From contig JAHRAZ010000118.1 of assembly GCA_020027475.1 (NCBI GenBank), forward strand, positions 24,929 to 88,928: a stretch of 64,000 bases of DNA. Direction: 5' to 3'. The position numbers and the translations under genes are program-made. Below, piece by piece: positions 56,229 through 64,000 of the stretch (positions within the stretch are counted from its first letter, which is position 1; each line of letters opens with the position of its first letter). Under the pieces are notes generated by a model. The model was given only the letters and a program-made list of their open reading frames with translations, was not told where the DNA came from and did no database searches. The stretch is from Microthrixaceae bacterium. Lineage in GTDB: Bacteria; Actinomycetota; Acidimicrobiia; Acidimicrobiales; Microtrichaceae.

Positions 56229-57400
56229 GGTTTTTCGGTACGGAGAACCCACATGGCGAAGAACTGGGCCGCTCCGCCGTATGCCTGACCCAATGCGGTC
56301 TTCACCCCGTCGACCTGATGGTCACCGGCCTGACCTCGCACCTGTAGCGCCGCCTCACCAAATCGGATCATGCCGGAAGCCCCGATCGGGTTCGTGGATA
56401 GAACTCCACCCGAGCAATTCACGGGCAAAGCACCCGTCATCTCGGTGGTGCCGTTCTCGGTGAGCTTCCAACCGCTGCCCTCCTCGGCAAATCCAATGTT
56501 TTCGAGCCACATGGGTTCGTACCAGGAGAATGGTACGTACATCTCCACCACATCAATCTGCTCCAGCGGCTTGGTGATCCCGGCCTGGGAGAAGACATCA
56601 GCCGCGCAGTCCTTACCTGCCTGGGGTGACACCTGATCGCGCCCGGATGCCGTCGCCGGCTCGGAGCGCATCGACGTGCCGTGAATCCATGCAGGGGGAA
56701 CGCCACTCGAAGCCGAAGACGCTTCGGCGGCCTCGGAATTGGCCAGCACCATGGCAATGGCGCCGTCTGAGGAGGGGCACGTCTCCGAGTAGCGGATTGG
56801 CTCCCACAACATCATCGAATCCTTCACGGAGTCATAGGTGATGTCGGGTTCATGCAAATGGGCATACGGGTTCTTGAGGGCGTTCAGGCGATCCTTCAGC
56901 GCCACCAGTATGCCAATGTCCTCGGGAGCATCCGAACGTCGCATGTACTCCCGGATGAAGGGCGCAAAGTAACCGCCCGCCCCCGCGACCAACTGCTGCT
57001 GGAACGGAATCGGGAACGACAAAGCCCACATGGCTTCCGACACCGACTGCTGCTCCCAACCGATTGTGAGTACCCGCTCATGTACACCCGACTCGACGTG
57101 GCTGGCCGCAACGATCGCCGTTGATCCGCCCACTGAACCCGCAGTGTGAACACGCAACAGCGGCTTGCCGACTGCTCCGAGCGCCTCCGCCAGGTATGGC
57201 TCCGGCATCATCATGCCCTCGAAGAAATCCGGCGCTTTGCCAACCACCACTGCATCGATGTCATTCATCGTCATGTGTGCATCGGCCAGTGCACGATACG
57301 CCGCCTCGCGCAGTAGCCCCGGCATTGAAACATCGCCACGGATCGCCGAGTACTTGGTCTGGCCAACTCCAACCACTGCCACTCGATCGGGGCTCATCAC
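56225..57400 (-). CDS. Thiolase-fold (SCP-x / Ltp-like) protein lacking canonical thiolase catalytic residues
   Basis: Thiolase-like fold: VAVVGVGQTKY...HTAGSVGGSTAIVAA...NCSGGVLSTNPIGASG. The expected nucleophile position reads AGS, not C(A/S)SG. TNP replaces the GHP His motif. Confidence 0.75.
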   Translation of the reverse strand: MMSPDRVAVVGVGQTKYSAIRGDVSMPGLLREAAYRALADAHMTMNDIDAVVVGKAPDFFEGMMMPEPYLAEALGAVGKPLLRVHTAGSVGGSTAIVAASHVESGVHERVLTIGWEQQSVSEAMWALSFPIPFQQQLVAGAGGYFAPFIREYMRRSDAPEDIGILVALKDRLNALKNPYAHLHEPDITYDSVKDSMMLWEPIRYSETCPSSDGAIAMVLANSEAAEASSASSGVPPAWIHGTSMRSEPATASGRDQVSPQAGKDCAADVFSQAGITKPLEQIDVVEMYVPFSWYEPMWLENIGFAEEGSGWKLTENGTTEMTGALPVNCSGGVLSTNPIGASGMIRFGEAALQVRGQAGDHQVDGVKTALGQAYGGAAQFFAMWVLRTEKP

Positions 57401-58449
57401 TCACCCTCCAGTACGGCCACGAGGTTCTGTTGCAGGAGTTGGCCGCCCGTTGCGTGAGCAACTCCCCGATCGATCTCCTCGGACATGATTCGCTTGGCGA
57501 CTTCACCAAGGCGAACAAGGCCCGCGGCCATCATCGGATTGGCAGCCAGCGCTCCACCCGAAGGGTTGACCTCGACACTGTCGGACAAACCGAGGCCGGT
57601 GGTCACGATCTTTTCCTGATGGGAGAAGGGAGCGTGCACTTCTGCCACATCCAGCCCTGGGGAGACTCCGGCGGACTCCGCTGCGATCGCTATCGACGGA
57701 GCCACAGTGAGGTCTCGACCACCGAAGTTGTGGGAGTCGATTCGGTGATCGATTCCCCGCAACCATGCGGGCCGGTCCACCCAGTCCCGTGCCTTGTCGC
57801 CTGCGGCCAACACGATGGCGCAACCGCCGTCCGTGATGGGCGCACAGTCATGCTTGCGCAGAGGGTTGCAGAGATAGTCCTGCGCCAGGAGCTCCTCAAC
57901 GGGAGCAGAGCCGCGAAGCTGTGCATGAGGATTGTTCTCGGCCGACTCACGATTGCGAAAGGCGATCTCGGTCATCTCGGCTTCGGTGATCATTGCGGAA
58001 TCGAGCATCTGCCGGGCCTGGAGGCCGGCGACCGCCACAGAATCCGGCCAGAGCGGACCTTGGTAGTACGGATCGAGTCCACGCGAAAGGACTCTGGGCA
58101 GGTCTCCGGGAGACGCCTTGGAGTAGCCGTAAACAAGGGCGGTGTCGGCGTGACCGGCCTGGATTTTCAGCCAGGCCTCATAGAGGGCCCAGGCGCCATC
58201 CATTTCCACATGGGATTCGGCTATGGGTGGCCAGGCGCCCACGGCATCGAGCGTCATGACGAAACTGAAAGCTTGGCCGGCGAGGTAGTCGGAGCTGCCC
58301 GAGCAGGTGAAGTCGATGTCGGAAATCGTGGCGCCGACGTCCTCGAGGGCCTGATGGATCACGGGCTGAACCATCTCGACCTCGTTCACCTCGGGCCGGG
58401 CACGCTGGTGATCGGTCTGGGCAAAGGAAACGATTGCAACTTCGGTCAT
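57397..58449 (-). CDS. Thiolase-fold (SCP-x / Ltp-like) protein, paralogue of the downstream gene
   Basis: VAIVSFAQTD...FTCSGSSDYLAG...NPSGGALAANPMMAAG, with ANP replacing GHP. The ATG at 58447-58449 shares 1 nt with the upstream stop. Confidence 0.75.
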   Translation of the reverse strand: MTEVAIVSFAQTDHQRARPEVNEVEMVQPVIHQALEDVGATISDIDFTCSGSSDYLAGQAFSFVMTLDAVGAWPPIAESHVEMDGAWALYEAWLKIQAGHADTALVYGYSKASPGDLPRVLSRGLDPYYQGPLWPDSVAVAGLQARQMLDSAMITEAEMTEIAFRNRESAENNPHAQLRGSAPVEELLAQDYLCNPLRKHDCAPITDGGCAIVLAAGDKARDWVDRPAWLRGIDHRIDSHNFGGRDLTVAPSIAIAAESAGVSPGLDVAEVHAPFSHQEKIVTTGLGLSDSVEVNPSGGALAANPMMAAGLVRLGEVAKRIMSEEIDRGVAHATGGQLLQQNLVAVLEGE

Positions 58450-59036
58450 CACATGTGTCCCTTCAGCCGTTCGGCCGCGACGTCCGGCTCGTCGATTGGT
58501 TCCCAATGCGTGATGTTCTCGAAGCTCGTTGTGAGCTGGTCGTGGGGCAGCCAGACCGGTTCAACCCGCAGTCCGATACGCACATCGCCGTGCGGGATGC
58601 CAAGAATCGTTCCGTAGAGCGACACTGCGGCGCCGTCGGGCAGGATCAGCGCGGACACGAACGGTGTGGGTGGGGCGTTCTCCCCGAATCCGATGTGAAC
58701 GACACAGAAACTTGTGATCGTGGCCTTCGGTCCCACCTCGACGGCCTCGGTGGTGGGCAGACCCTCAACCGGGGACATGCCCCGCGAGGGGACGTACACA
58801 TCGCCGGACACCGGACACTTCTCACCAAGAATCTTCTTCTCCGCGAGACCTCGCAGGAAACGACTCGGTGCCCGCCCCGGTGTGTAGTCGTAGACGAAGG
58901 ACGCCGGCGTGCGGATCCGTTGCACCTCGGAAACGGTGTCATCGCCGGAAACGGTGTCATCGCCGGAGGGAACGGACGGTTGTGGCTGAGTCCAGAGACC
59001 GTCCGGAAACGCAGAGATGGGTCGATCCTCACTCAT
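58449..59036 (-). CDS. DUF35-type OB-fold / zinc-ribbon-like protein (thiolase/aldolase partner)
   Basis: EKKILGEKCPVSGDVYVPSR...ITSFCVVH...ALILPDG..., as in DUF35 proteins that pair with Ltp/thiolase-fold enzymes. ATG at 59034-59036. Confidence 0.7.
   Translation of the reverse strand: MSEDRPISAFPDGLWTQPQPSVPSGDDTVSGDDTVSEVQRIRTPASFVYDYTPGRAPSRFLRGLAEKKILGEKCPVSGDVYVPSRGMSPVEGLPTTEAVEVGPKATITSFCVVHIGFGENAPPTPFVSALILPDGAAVSLYGTILGIPHGDVRIGLRVEPVWLPHDQLTTSFENITHWEPIDEPDVAAERLKGHM
58929..58964. repeat. Perfect in-frame 18-bp tandem duplication inside the DUF35 gene (GDDTVS x2)
   Basis: ggaaacggtgtcatcgcc occurs at 58929-58946 and again at 58947-58964. Confidence 0.9.
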
Positions 59037-59518
59037 CACTCCTCCACCAGTTCGAAACACTCGATGTCGGTTATCTGGCCGGTTCTTTCGGCGGACCAGC
59101 GGATCCGCACCCGTGCTCCGGTGGCAACCTCTTCATCTGAATCGGCTGCGACCACGTGCATCATCGCGGTGTCAGCACCGTCGAGGCGGATCAGCGCCAG
59201 CGCATGTGGATCCTGGACTGGTTGTCCTTCGCGAGGTGTGTTCACCCAGGACCACGACGTGATGATCCCCTCGGTACCGACCTCGACCATCTCGGTGATC
59301 GGTTCACCGGTCACCGAGTCGTACTCCACCGGCGGACACACGATGCGCCCCGTGGAGTCCTTGATGCCAAGAACCCTCTGTTCGACCAGACCGGTCAGGA
59401 ATGCTCCGATCACCGGACCTGTGGTTCGGCTGAAACCGAACTCAATGGTCAGAGGAGCTCGCAGCAGGTCCTGCGAGTTGTTCGCGCCAGCCATCCGTAT
59501 GCCCCCTTTGCCGATCAT
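59036..59518 (-). CDS. DUF35-type OB-fold protein, second copy
   Basis: GLVEQRVLGIKDSTGRIVCPPVEYD...ITSWSWV...ALIRLDGAD... An alternative in-frame ATG lies at 59494. Confidence 0.7.
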   Translation of the reverse strand: MIGKGGIRMAGANNSQDLLRAPLTIEFGFSRTTGPVIGAFLTGLVEQRVLGIKDSTGRIVCPPVEYDSVTGEPITEMVEVGTEGIITSWSWVNTPREGQPVQDPHALALIRLDGADTAMMHVVAADSDEEVATGARVRIRWSAERTGQITDIECFELVEE

Positions 59519-59610
59519 GGGTGGACCGACCGGCAGAGACTAGAACAGGTTCTGATTCCGGGAAAGCCGCGTACACCCCAGAGGGCTTCGCCACGAATGT
59601 CCCCGGTGAA

Positions 59611-61491
59611 TCAGGGAGTGACGATCGGGAAATTCCCCTCCGTCCGATCCAACCACCCCATGAGCCTGGCCAGGGCGTTCTCGTCGCCCTGGATGTCAGC
59701 ATTGCCGGTCGGGAACCCGGCAATGGCCGACAGGAAATCGATCTTGGTGAGCGTGACGGTTGCAACTGCTGCATCATCAAGACCCCGGCGGTGATGAAAT
59801 ACCGAGTTCTCCACGAACAGGCAGTACTGCTCGTGGATATCACTGAAACGTACGTTCACCTTGAGTTCTTCCCCGGCGCACGCGGAGGCATTGATACGCA
59901 AGGCAATGGCGTCAAAAAGCATCGAAACATCCATGGCCATCGCCACATCTGCTCCAGCCGACCGGAACTCTCCTGGGTCCTCGGCAACTCCATTTCGAAG
60001 TTCCGTGGCGCCGACGAGATAGAAGTTTCGCCAAGGAGCCGATTCGGCCTGATAGCCGAGTTGTTCGTAGGCGTCGGCGAGCATCTCCCTGGCCTCGGTG
60101 TTCGCCTCGTCAGCGAACACCACCCGGTTCAGCACCTCGGCAACCCAGCGATATTCCCCAGATTCGAAATCAACGCGTGCCTTGGCCAATATCTGATTGG
60201 CTCCGCCCATGTACTCCACGTACTTCGCGGCGGCAGCCTCCTCGGGCAGGGCATGCAACTCCGACGGATTGCCTGAGAACCAACCGAGGTAACGCTGATA
60301 GACGGCCTTCACGTTGTGGCTCACGGTGCCGTAATACGGCCGGTTGCACCAATGCCTGGCCAATGCGTCCGGTAGCTCCAGAATCTCCGCGCACTCGGTC
60401 ATCGTGTACCCCTGGTTCGCGAGCTTCAGGGTCTGGTCGTGGAGGAACTTGTAGACATCTCGCTGGGCACCCATGTATTCGTTGGCGGCAGCCTGACCCC
60501 AGACTGGCCAATGGTGACTGGTGAAGAGCAGATCCACCTTGCCGTCGAAGTGCAGCAGTGACTCATCCATGTACCTGGACCAGGCAAGGGCATCGCGCAC
60601 CTGCGCACCTCGAAGGGTATAGAGGTTGTGCAGGTTTCGCGAGCAGTTCTCCGCCATGCAAAGGGCGCGGAATTGCGGGAAGTAGAAGTTCATCTCCGCG
60701 GGCGCCTCCGTGCCGGGAGTGAGCTGGAATTCGATCTTCACGCCGTCGATGGTCAACTCGTCACCCGTTTCACCGATGATGTCGGTTGGCAGAATCAGGG
60801 TGACCGTCCCAGTCGAGTTTGTCTTGCCGAGGCCGGCGTCCACCTGCCCCTTCGCACTTCGATCCAGCTTGGCGCCGTACATGTACTGAGCGCGGCGGCT
60901 CATGGCGGGACCGGCGAAGACGTTCTCGCTCACGGCCGCCTCCACCATGCCGATCGGAGCGATCACCCGACACCGCCCGGAATCCACGTCTTCTTGGGAG
61001 ATGACTCCCTTGATTCCGCCGAAGTGATCCACATGCGAATGGGTGTGGATCACCGCCACGACCGGACGATCACCGAGATGTTCGCGGGCAAACGACATGG
61101 CAGCCGACGCTGCCTCCGTGGAGATCAACGGATCGATCACGATCAAGCCTGTATCGCCCTCGATGATAGTGATCTCCGACAGGTCGAATCCGCGCAACTG
61201 ATGGATCCGGGGAGCAATCGTGAACATGCCGGACTCCATGTTCAGTTTTGCCTGTCGCCACAGTGATGGATTCACGGTGGGAGGGGCCTCACCGTCGAGG
61301 AATTCGTATCCTTCGAGGGACCACACGGGGTCACCGCCGCCGGTGGTCACCACACTGTCCGCCGGTCGGGCAACGAAACCACGGGTGGCATTCTCGTGAT
61401 CCTGCTTATCTTGCCAGTCCATGGGTTTGCCGGCCCGAAAGCTCTCCTGAACGCCGACTGTTCGAGTGGTTGCATCCTTGGGAGAGGTCAT
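59611..61491 (-). CDS. MBL-fold alkyl/aryl sulfatase (SdsA1/BDS1 type) with a C-terminal SCP2-like domain and no evident signal peptide
   Basis: PTVNPSLWRQAKL..., IHTHSHVDHFGG, and long dimerisation and C-terminal lipid-binding-like regions. 626 aa. The N terminus MTSPKDATTRTVGVQESF is hydrophilic. Confidence 0.8.
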   Translation of the reverse strand: MTSPKDATTRTVGVQESFRAGKPMDWQDKQDHENATRGFVARPADSVVTTGGGDPVWSLEGYEFLDGEAPPTVNPSLWRQAKLNMESGMFTIAPRIHQLRGFDLSEITIIEGDTGLIVIDPLISTEAASAAMSFAREHLGDRPVVAVIHTHSHVDHFGGIKGVISQEDVDSGRCRVIAPIGMVEAAVSENVFAGPAMSRRAQYMYGAKLDRSAKGQVDAGLGKTNSTGTVTLILPTDIIGETGDELTIDGVKIEFQLTPGTEAPAEMNFYFPQFRALCMAENCSRNLHNLYTLRGAQVRDALAWSRYMDESLLHFDGKVDLLFTSHHWPVWGQAAANEYMGAQRDVYKFLHDQTLKLANQGYTMTECAEILELPDALARHWCNRPYYGTVSHNVKAVYQRYLGWFSGNPSELHALPEEAAAAKYVEYMGGANQILAKARVDFESGEYRWVAEVLNRVVFADEANTEAREMLADAYEQLGYQAESAPWRNFYLVGATELRNGVAEDPGEFRSAGADVAMAMDVSMLFDAIALRINASACAGEELKVNVRFSDIHEQYCLFVENSVFHHRRGLDDAAVATVTLTKIDFLSAIAGFPTGNADIQGDENALARLMGWLDRTEGNFPIVTP

Positions 61492-61573
61492 GGGACATCA
61501 CTAGCACCCGCAGGGGAATCCGTGTGTCCACGGCCACATCTCGCTACGATCCGGAACAACCCAAGGAGCGTTC

Positions 61574-62809
61574 GTGGCAAACAACTCACCTGTCTCCGAC
61601 TGGAAGACGGACTTCGACCACACCGTCGCGGACTGGGCCCAGAACGCGCCGGAGATCTGGGCGGAATTCCGCGAGGAGTGCCCGGTGGCACACACCGACA
61701 GATTCGGTGGGTGCTGGTTCCCGGCGATCCACGAGGACATCTCCGAAATCGCGCATGACACTGAGCACTTCACTTCCCGGTCAGTGATCGTGAACGATTG
61801 GGGTCCGATGGGTGAAGCTCCCGTCGGCGGCGCCCCCCCGATCACGTCGGATCCACCCTTCCACCAGATGGCACGAAAGATCCTTCTGCCTGCCTTCAGT
61901 CCGAAGGCCGTTGCCCAGCTCGAACCGACCACACGCGAGACGTGCCGCGAGTTGATCTCGGACCTTCTCGAAACCGCCGCCGCAAACGGAGGGCGCGCTG
62001 ACGCTGCCACCGGATATGCACAGCACATTCCGGTGCGAATCATCGCCAAGATGCTGGGTCTGCCCGAATCAGACGGCGACACGTTCCGCGGATTCATTCA
62101 CCGAATCATGGAAACGCCCGGCCAGGCGGAGATTGCAGAGGACGACGTCCTCCTCGACTCCTACCTGGAGACCACCGTGACGAACCGACGGGAGAACCCG
62201 GGAGGCAACGACCTGATCAGCTACCTCCTGGATGTGGAGGTGGATGGTGAACCCCTCACCGATGAGCACATCGGCGGCACGATTGCGCTCCTGATCATCG
62301 CCGGAATCGACACGACATGGTCTGCAATCGGCGCCTCACTGTGGCATCTGGCCCAGAACCCCGACGACCTCAGGAGGCTCAGGTCCGAACCCGACCTCAT
62401 GCCCTTCGCCGTGGAGGAATTCCTGCGGTTCTACGCACCGGTGACGATGGCACGATCGGTCTCGCAGGACATCACGATCAAGAACGCGGAGATGAAGGTG
62501 GACGACTGGGTGCTGCTTCCGTTTCCATCGGCAAACCGCGATGAGGAAGCCTTCGACGCGGCCGATGAGTTTCTCCTCGATCGCAAGCAAAACCGCCACG
62601 CGGCCTTTGGACTGGGAATACACCGCTGCCTTGGAAGCAATCTGGCTCGCATGGAACTCCGCATCGCACTCGAGGAATGGGTCAACGCCATCGACAGGAT
62701 GGAACTTGAGTCTTCCGACCCGGACTCGGTGCGCTGGTCAACGGGGCAGGTCCGCGGTCCCCGTGAACTACCCCTGATCATCTCCGGATCAATGGAGCCG
62801 AACCCATGA
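61574..62809 (+). CDS. Cytochrome P450
   Basis: EEFLRFY (ExxR) and the heme-thiolate loop [17 protein letters not shown] start 5 nt after AAGGAG. Confidence 0.95.
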   Translation: MANNSPVSDWKTDFDHTVADWAQNAPEIWAEFREECPVAHTDRFGGCWFPAIHEDISEIAHDTEHFTSRSVIVNDWGPMGEAPVGGAPPITSDPPFHQMARKILLPAFSPKAVAQLEPTTRETCRELISDLLETAAANGGRADAATGYAQHIPVRIIAKMLGLPESDGDTFRGFIHRIMETPGQAEIAEDDVLLDSYLETTVTNRRENPGGNDLISYLLDVEVDGEPLTDEHIGGTIALLIIAGIDTTWSAIGASLWHLAQNPDDLRRLRSEPDLMPFAVEEFLRFYAPVTMARSVSQDITIKNAEMKVDDWVLLPFPSANRDEEAFDAADEFLLDRKQNRHAAFGLGIHRCLGSNLARMELRIALEEWVNAIDRMELESSDPDSVRWSTGQVRGPRELPLIISGSMEPNP

Positions 62810-63000
62810 AAATCAGTTACGACCGTGACCTCTGCCAGGGACACAACCGGTGTTACCTGCTGGCACCGGAGTTGTTCGACGTGGACGACGATGGATACGC
62901 AGTACTGCTTGTCCCCGGCGAAGTCCCCGCGGATTCCGAGGAAAAGGCGAAACTCGCGGCCGACAACTGCCCCGAGTATGCGATCACCCTGATCGAGTGA
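62806..63000 (+). CDS. Small 3Fe-4S-type ferredoxin, P450 partner
   Basis: 64 aa, [24 protein letters not shown]...[12 protein letters not shown] overlap with the P450 stop. Confidence 0.85.
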   Translation: MKISYDRDLCQGHNRCYLLAPELFDVDDDGYAVLLVPGEVPADSEEKAKLAADNCPEYAITLIE

Positions 63001-63009
63001 ATCCTCGGA

Positions 63010-64000
63010 TCACTTTCGGGTGAGCCGGGGCAGCAGGGCCTTCGCCGAACTGCGGCGCACGGCGCCCTTCCAAACTCCCGCGCCGTAGGCCATGTCATCG
63101 ACAATCCCGATCACACGCTGAGCGGGCGGTCGATCATCGTCGAGAACCCGGGCGACAACAGCCAGCAGCGCAGCGCGGCGGGCTTGGCGGGATACAACAG
63201 ACGCTACCGCCAGCACTGGCCACCATTCGCGCACGGCCGCCCTGGCAAGCTGGCGACCGGCACCCAGGTGACCGGCAATCACCAGTCGTGCTGCCACCGC
63301 GGGAGTTACCTGATCGAGCTTCCGGGCCAGCGCAATACCCGAATACACAGCAATCGCCAGAGCCCTGAGGGGATGACCGGCAACCACGTTCAGCCACACA
63401 CCGGCACTCGAGGCAGAGAGTACAACCGGCGACAGACTCCGCGGATGGCGCTCTGCCAGTTCGGCGGCGGATGAGCCGTAGTCGATCCTCTGGAGCAGCA
63501 GTTCTGTCCAGGTGGATCTGGGCAGGTGCATCACCTCCGAGGCCGGCTCGTATCGAATCAATCCCCCATCGCCCGCAACACGCCAGACAAGGTCGACGTC
63601 TTCACCGAAGCGAAGCTCCGGATTGAATCCACCGAGTACGGAGAACACCTCCGAGCGCACCAACAATGCAGCAGTCGGCACGTGGGAGACCACCGAGCCT
63701 GGCCGGACGTTGGCTGGTTCGGAGCCCATGTCCAGAGGTGAGGAGTTCGCCTCATAAGCGGAGATCGGATCGCCGCGGTCCCGTGTGCGGACGCGCGGCG
63801 CAACTACTTCCACCGCCTCATCTTCAAAGTGCGGAAGCAGCGGAGCCAACCACTGCCCGCTCACCTGCACATCTGAGTCAACGAACGCAATCAGATCAGT
63901 CTTCACGGATTTGGCGCCGACGTTTCTTGCGGCACCCGGCCCGACAGAGTTCGCCAGGCGCAGGTATTCTGCACCGATATCGCGCGCGGCGTTCGAATGA
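63010..64000 (-). CDS. GT2-family glycosyltransferase with a hydrophobic C-terminal region; the 5' end runs off the right window edge
   Basis: The frame stays open from 63906 to the window edge (...SNAARDIGAEYLRLANSVGPGAARNVGAKSVKTDLIAFVDSDV...), which includes the GT2 DxD region. The C-terminal ~150 aa are Ala/Leu/Val-rich. Confidence 0.7.
   Translation of the reverse strand, partial: HSNAARDIGAEYLRLANSVGPGAARNVGAKSVKTDLIAFVDSDVQVSGQWLAPLLPHFEDEAVEVVAPRVRTRDRGDPISAYEANSSPLDMGSEPANVRPGSVVSHVPTAALLVRSEVFSVLGGFNPELRFGEDVDLVWRVAGDGGLIRYEPASEVMHLPRSTWTELLLQRIDYGSSAAELAERHPRSLSPVVLSASSAGVWLNVVAGHPLRALAIAVYSGIALARKLDQVTPAVAARLVIAGHLGAGRQLARAAVREWWPVLAVASVVSRQARRAALLAVVARVLDDDRPPAQRVIGIVDDMAYGAGVWKGAVRRSSAKALLPRLTRK

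Noticed and set aside
54278-58964. Whether any of the tandem repeats (21-bp x3 at 54278, 18-bp x2 at 58929, 15-bp x2 at 5317) is a CRISPR-like array
   Set aside because: The copies are directly adjacent with no spacers. There are only 2-3 copies and no cas genes, so these are not CRISPR arrays.
57121-59543. Plus-strand ORFs 57121-58617 (498 aa) and 58434-59543 (369 aa)
   Set aside because: They lie antisense to the thiolase-fold and DUF35 genes and have shadow-ORF composition.

Overview
This is a visibly GC-rich, gene-dense window of about 50 protein genes. Many are joined by ATGA, GTGA or TGATG stop/start overlaps. The gene content suggests an actinobacterial chromosome: a type I fatty acid synthase with acpS, an NnaR-like HemD/winged-helix regulator, an F420-type luciferase-like oxidoreductase, and Ltp/DUF35 genes.

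I found no rRNA, tRNA, CRISPR array, transposase, integrase or phage-like module. Nothing resembles a known defence system.

The window falls into these blocks:
- 1-9.7 kb: a nitrate/nitrite assimilation locus. It holds a nasA-like Mo enzyme that is missing from the ORF track because it runs off the left edge, a DmsB-DmsC-like FeS/membrane fusion, narK, an nnaR-like regulator and nirBD.
- 9.8-20.2 kb: small redox and hydrolase genes. A set of acyl-CoA genes resembles the lower ethylmalonyl-CoA / C5-dicarboxylate route. It is interrupted by a GGDEF-EAL protein and a TM2/zinc-ribbon protein.
- 20.3-24.4 kb: quinone oxidoreductase, a TlpA/DsbB(BdbC)/glutathione peroxidase thiol module, and a Zn-ADH.
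- 24.4-29 kb: an odd operon of crotonase, a P2-type ATPase and an orphan OppF-like ABC ATPase with a degenerate signature motif.
- 29-40 kb: pepN, an HMGL-like lyase/BVMO/DUF2332 operon, an F420-type LLM, an M20D amidohydrolase with a YhhN protein, and ferredoxin reductase-ferredoxin-TetR.
- 40.2-51.6 kb: a fas-acpS operon extended by a biotinyl-domain::carboxyltransferase fusion.
- 51.9-64 kb: a lipid/steroid-like catabolic neighbourhood. It holds a KshA-like Rieske oxygenase preceded by a 21-bp x3 repeat, two DUF35 plus two thiolase-like genes, and a signal-less SdsA1-type alkyl/aryl sulfatase divergent from P450-ferredoxin. A partial GT2 glycosyltransferase sits at the right edge.

The most unusual architectures are:
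- the membrane FeS module coupled to an assimilatory-type nitrate reductase;
- the P-type ATPase / degenerate NBD operon;
- the fas-acpS-BCCP::CT operon;
- the sulfatase/P450/Ltp-DUF35 cluster.

All functional calls come from by-eye motif recognition and gene context. No database search was possible. Most long ORFs that lie antisense to, or out of frame within, these genes are GC-driven shadow ORFs and were rejected.
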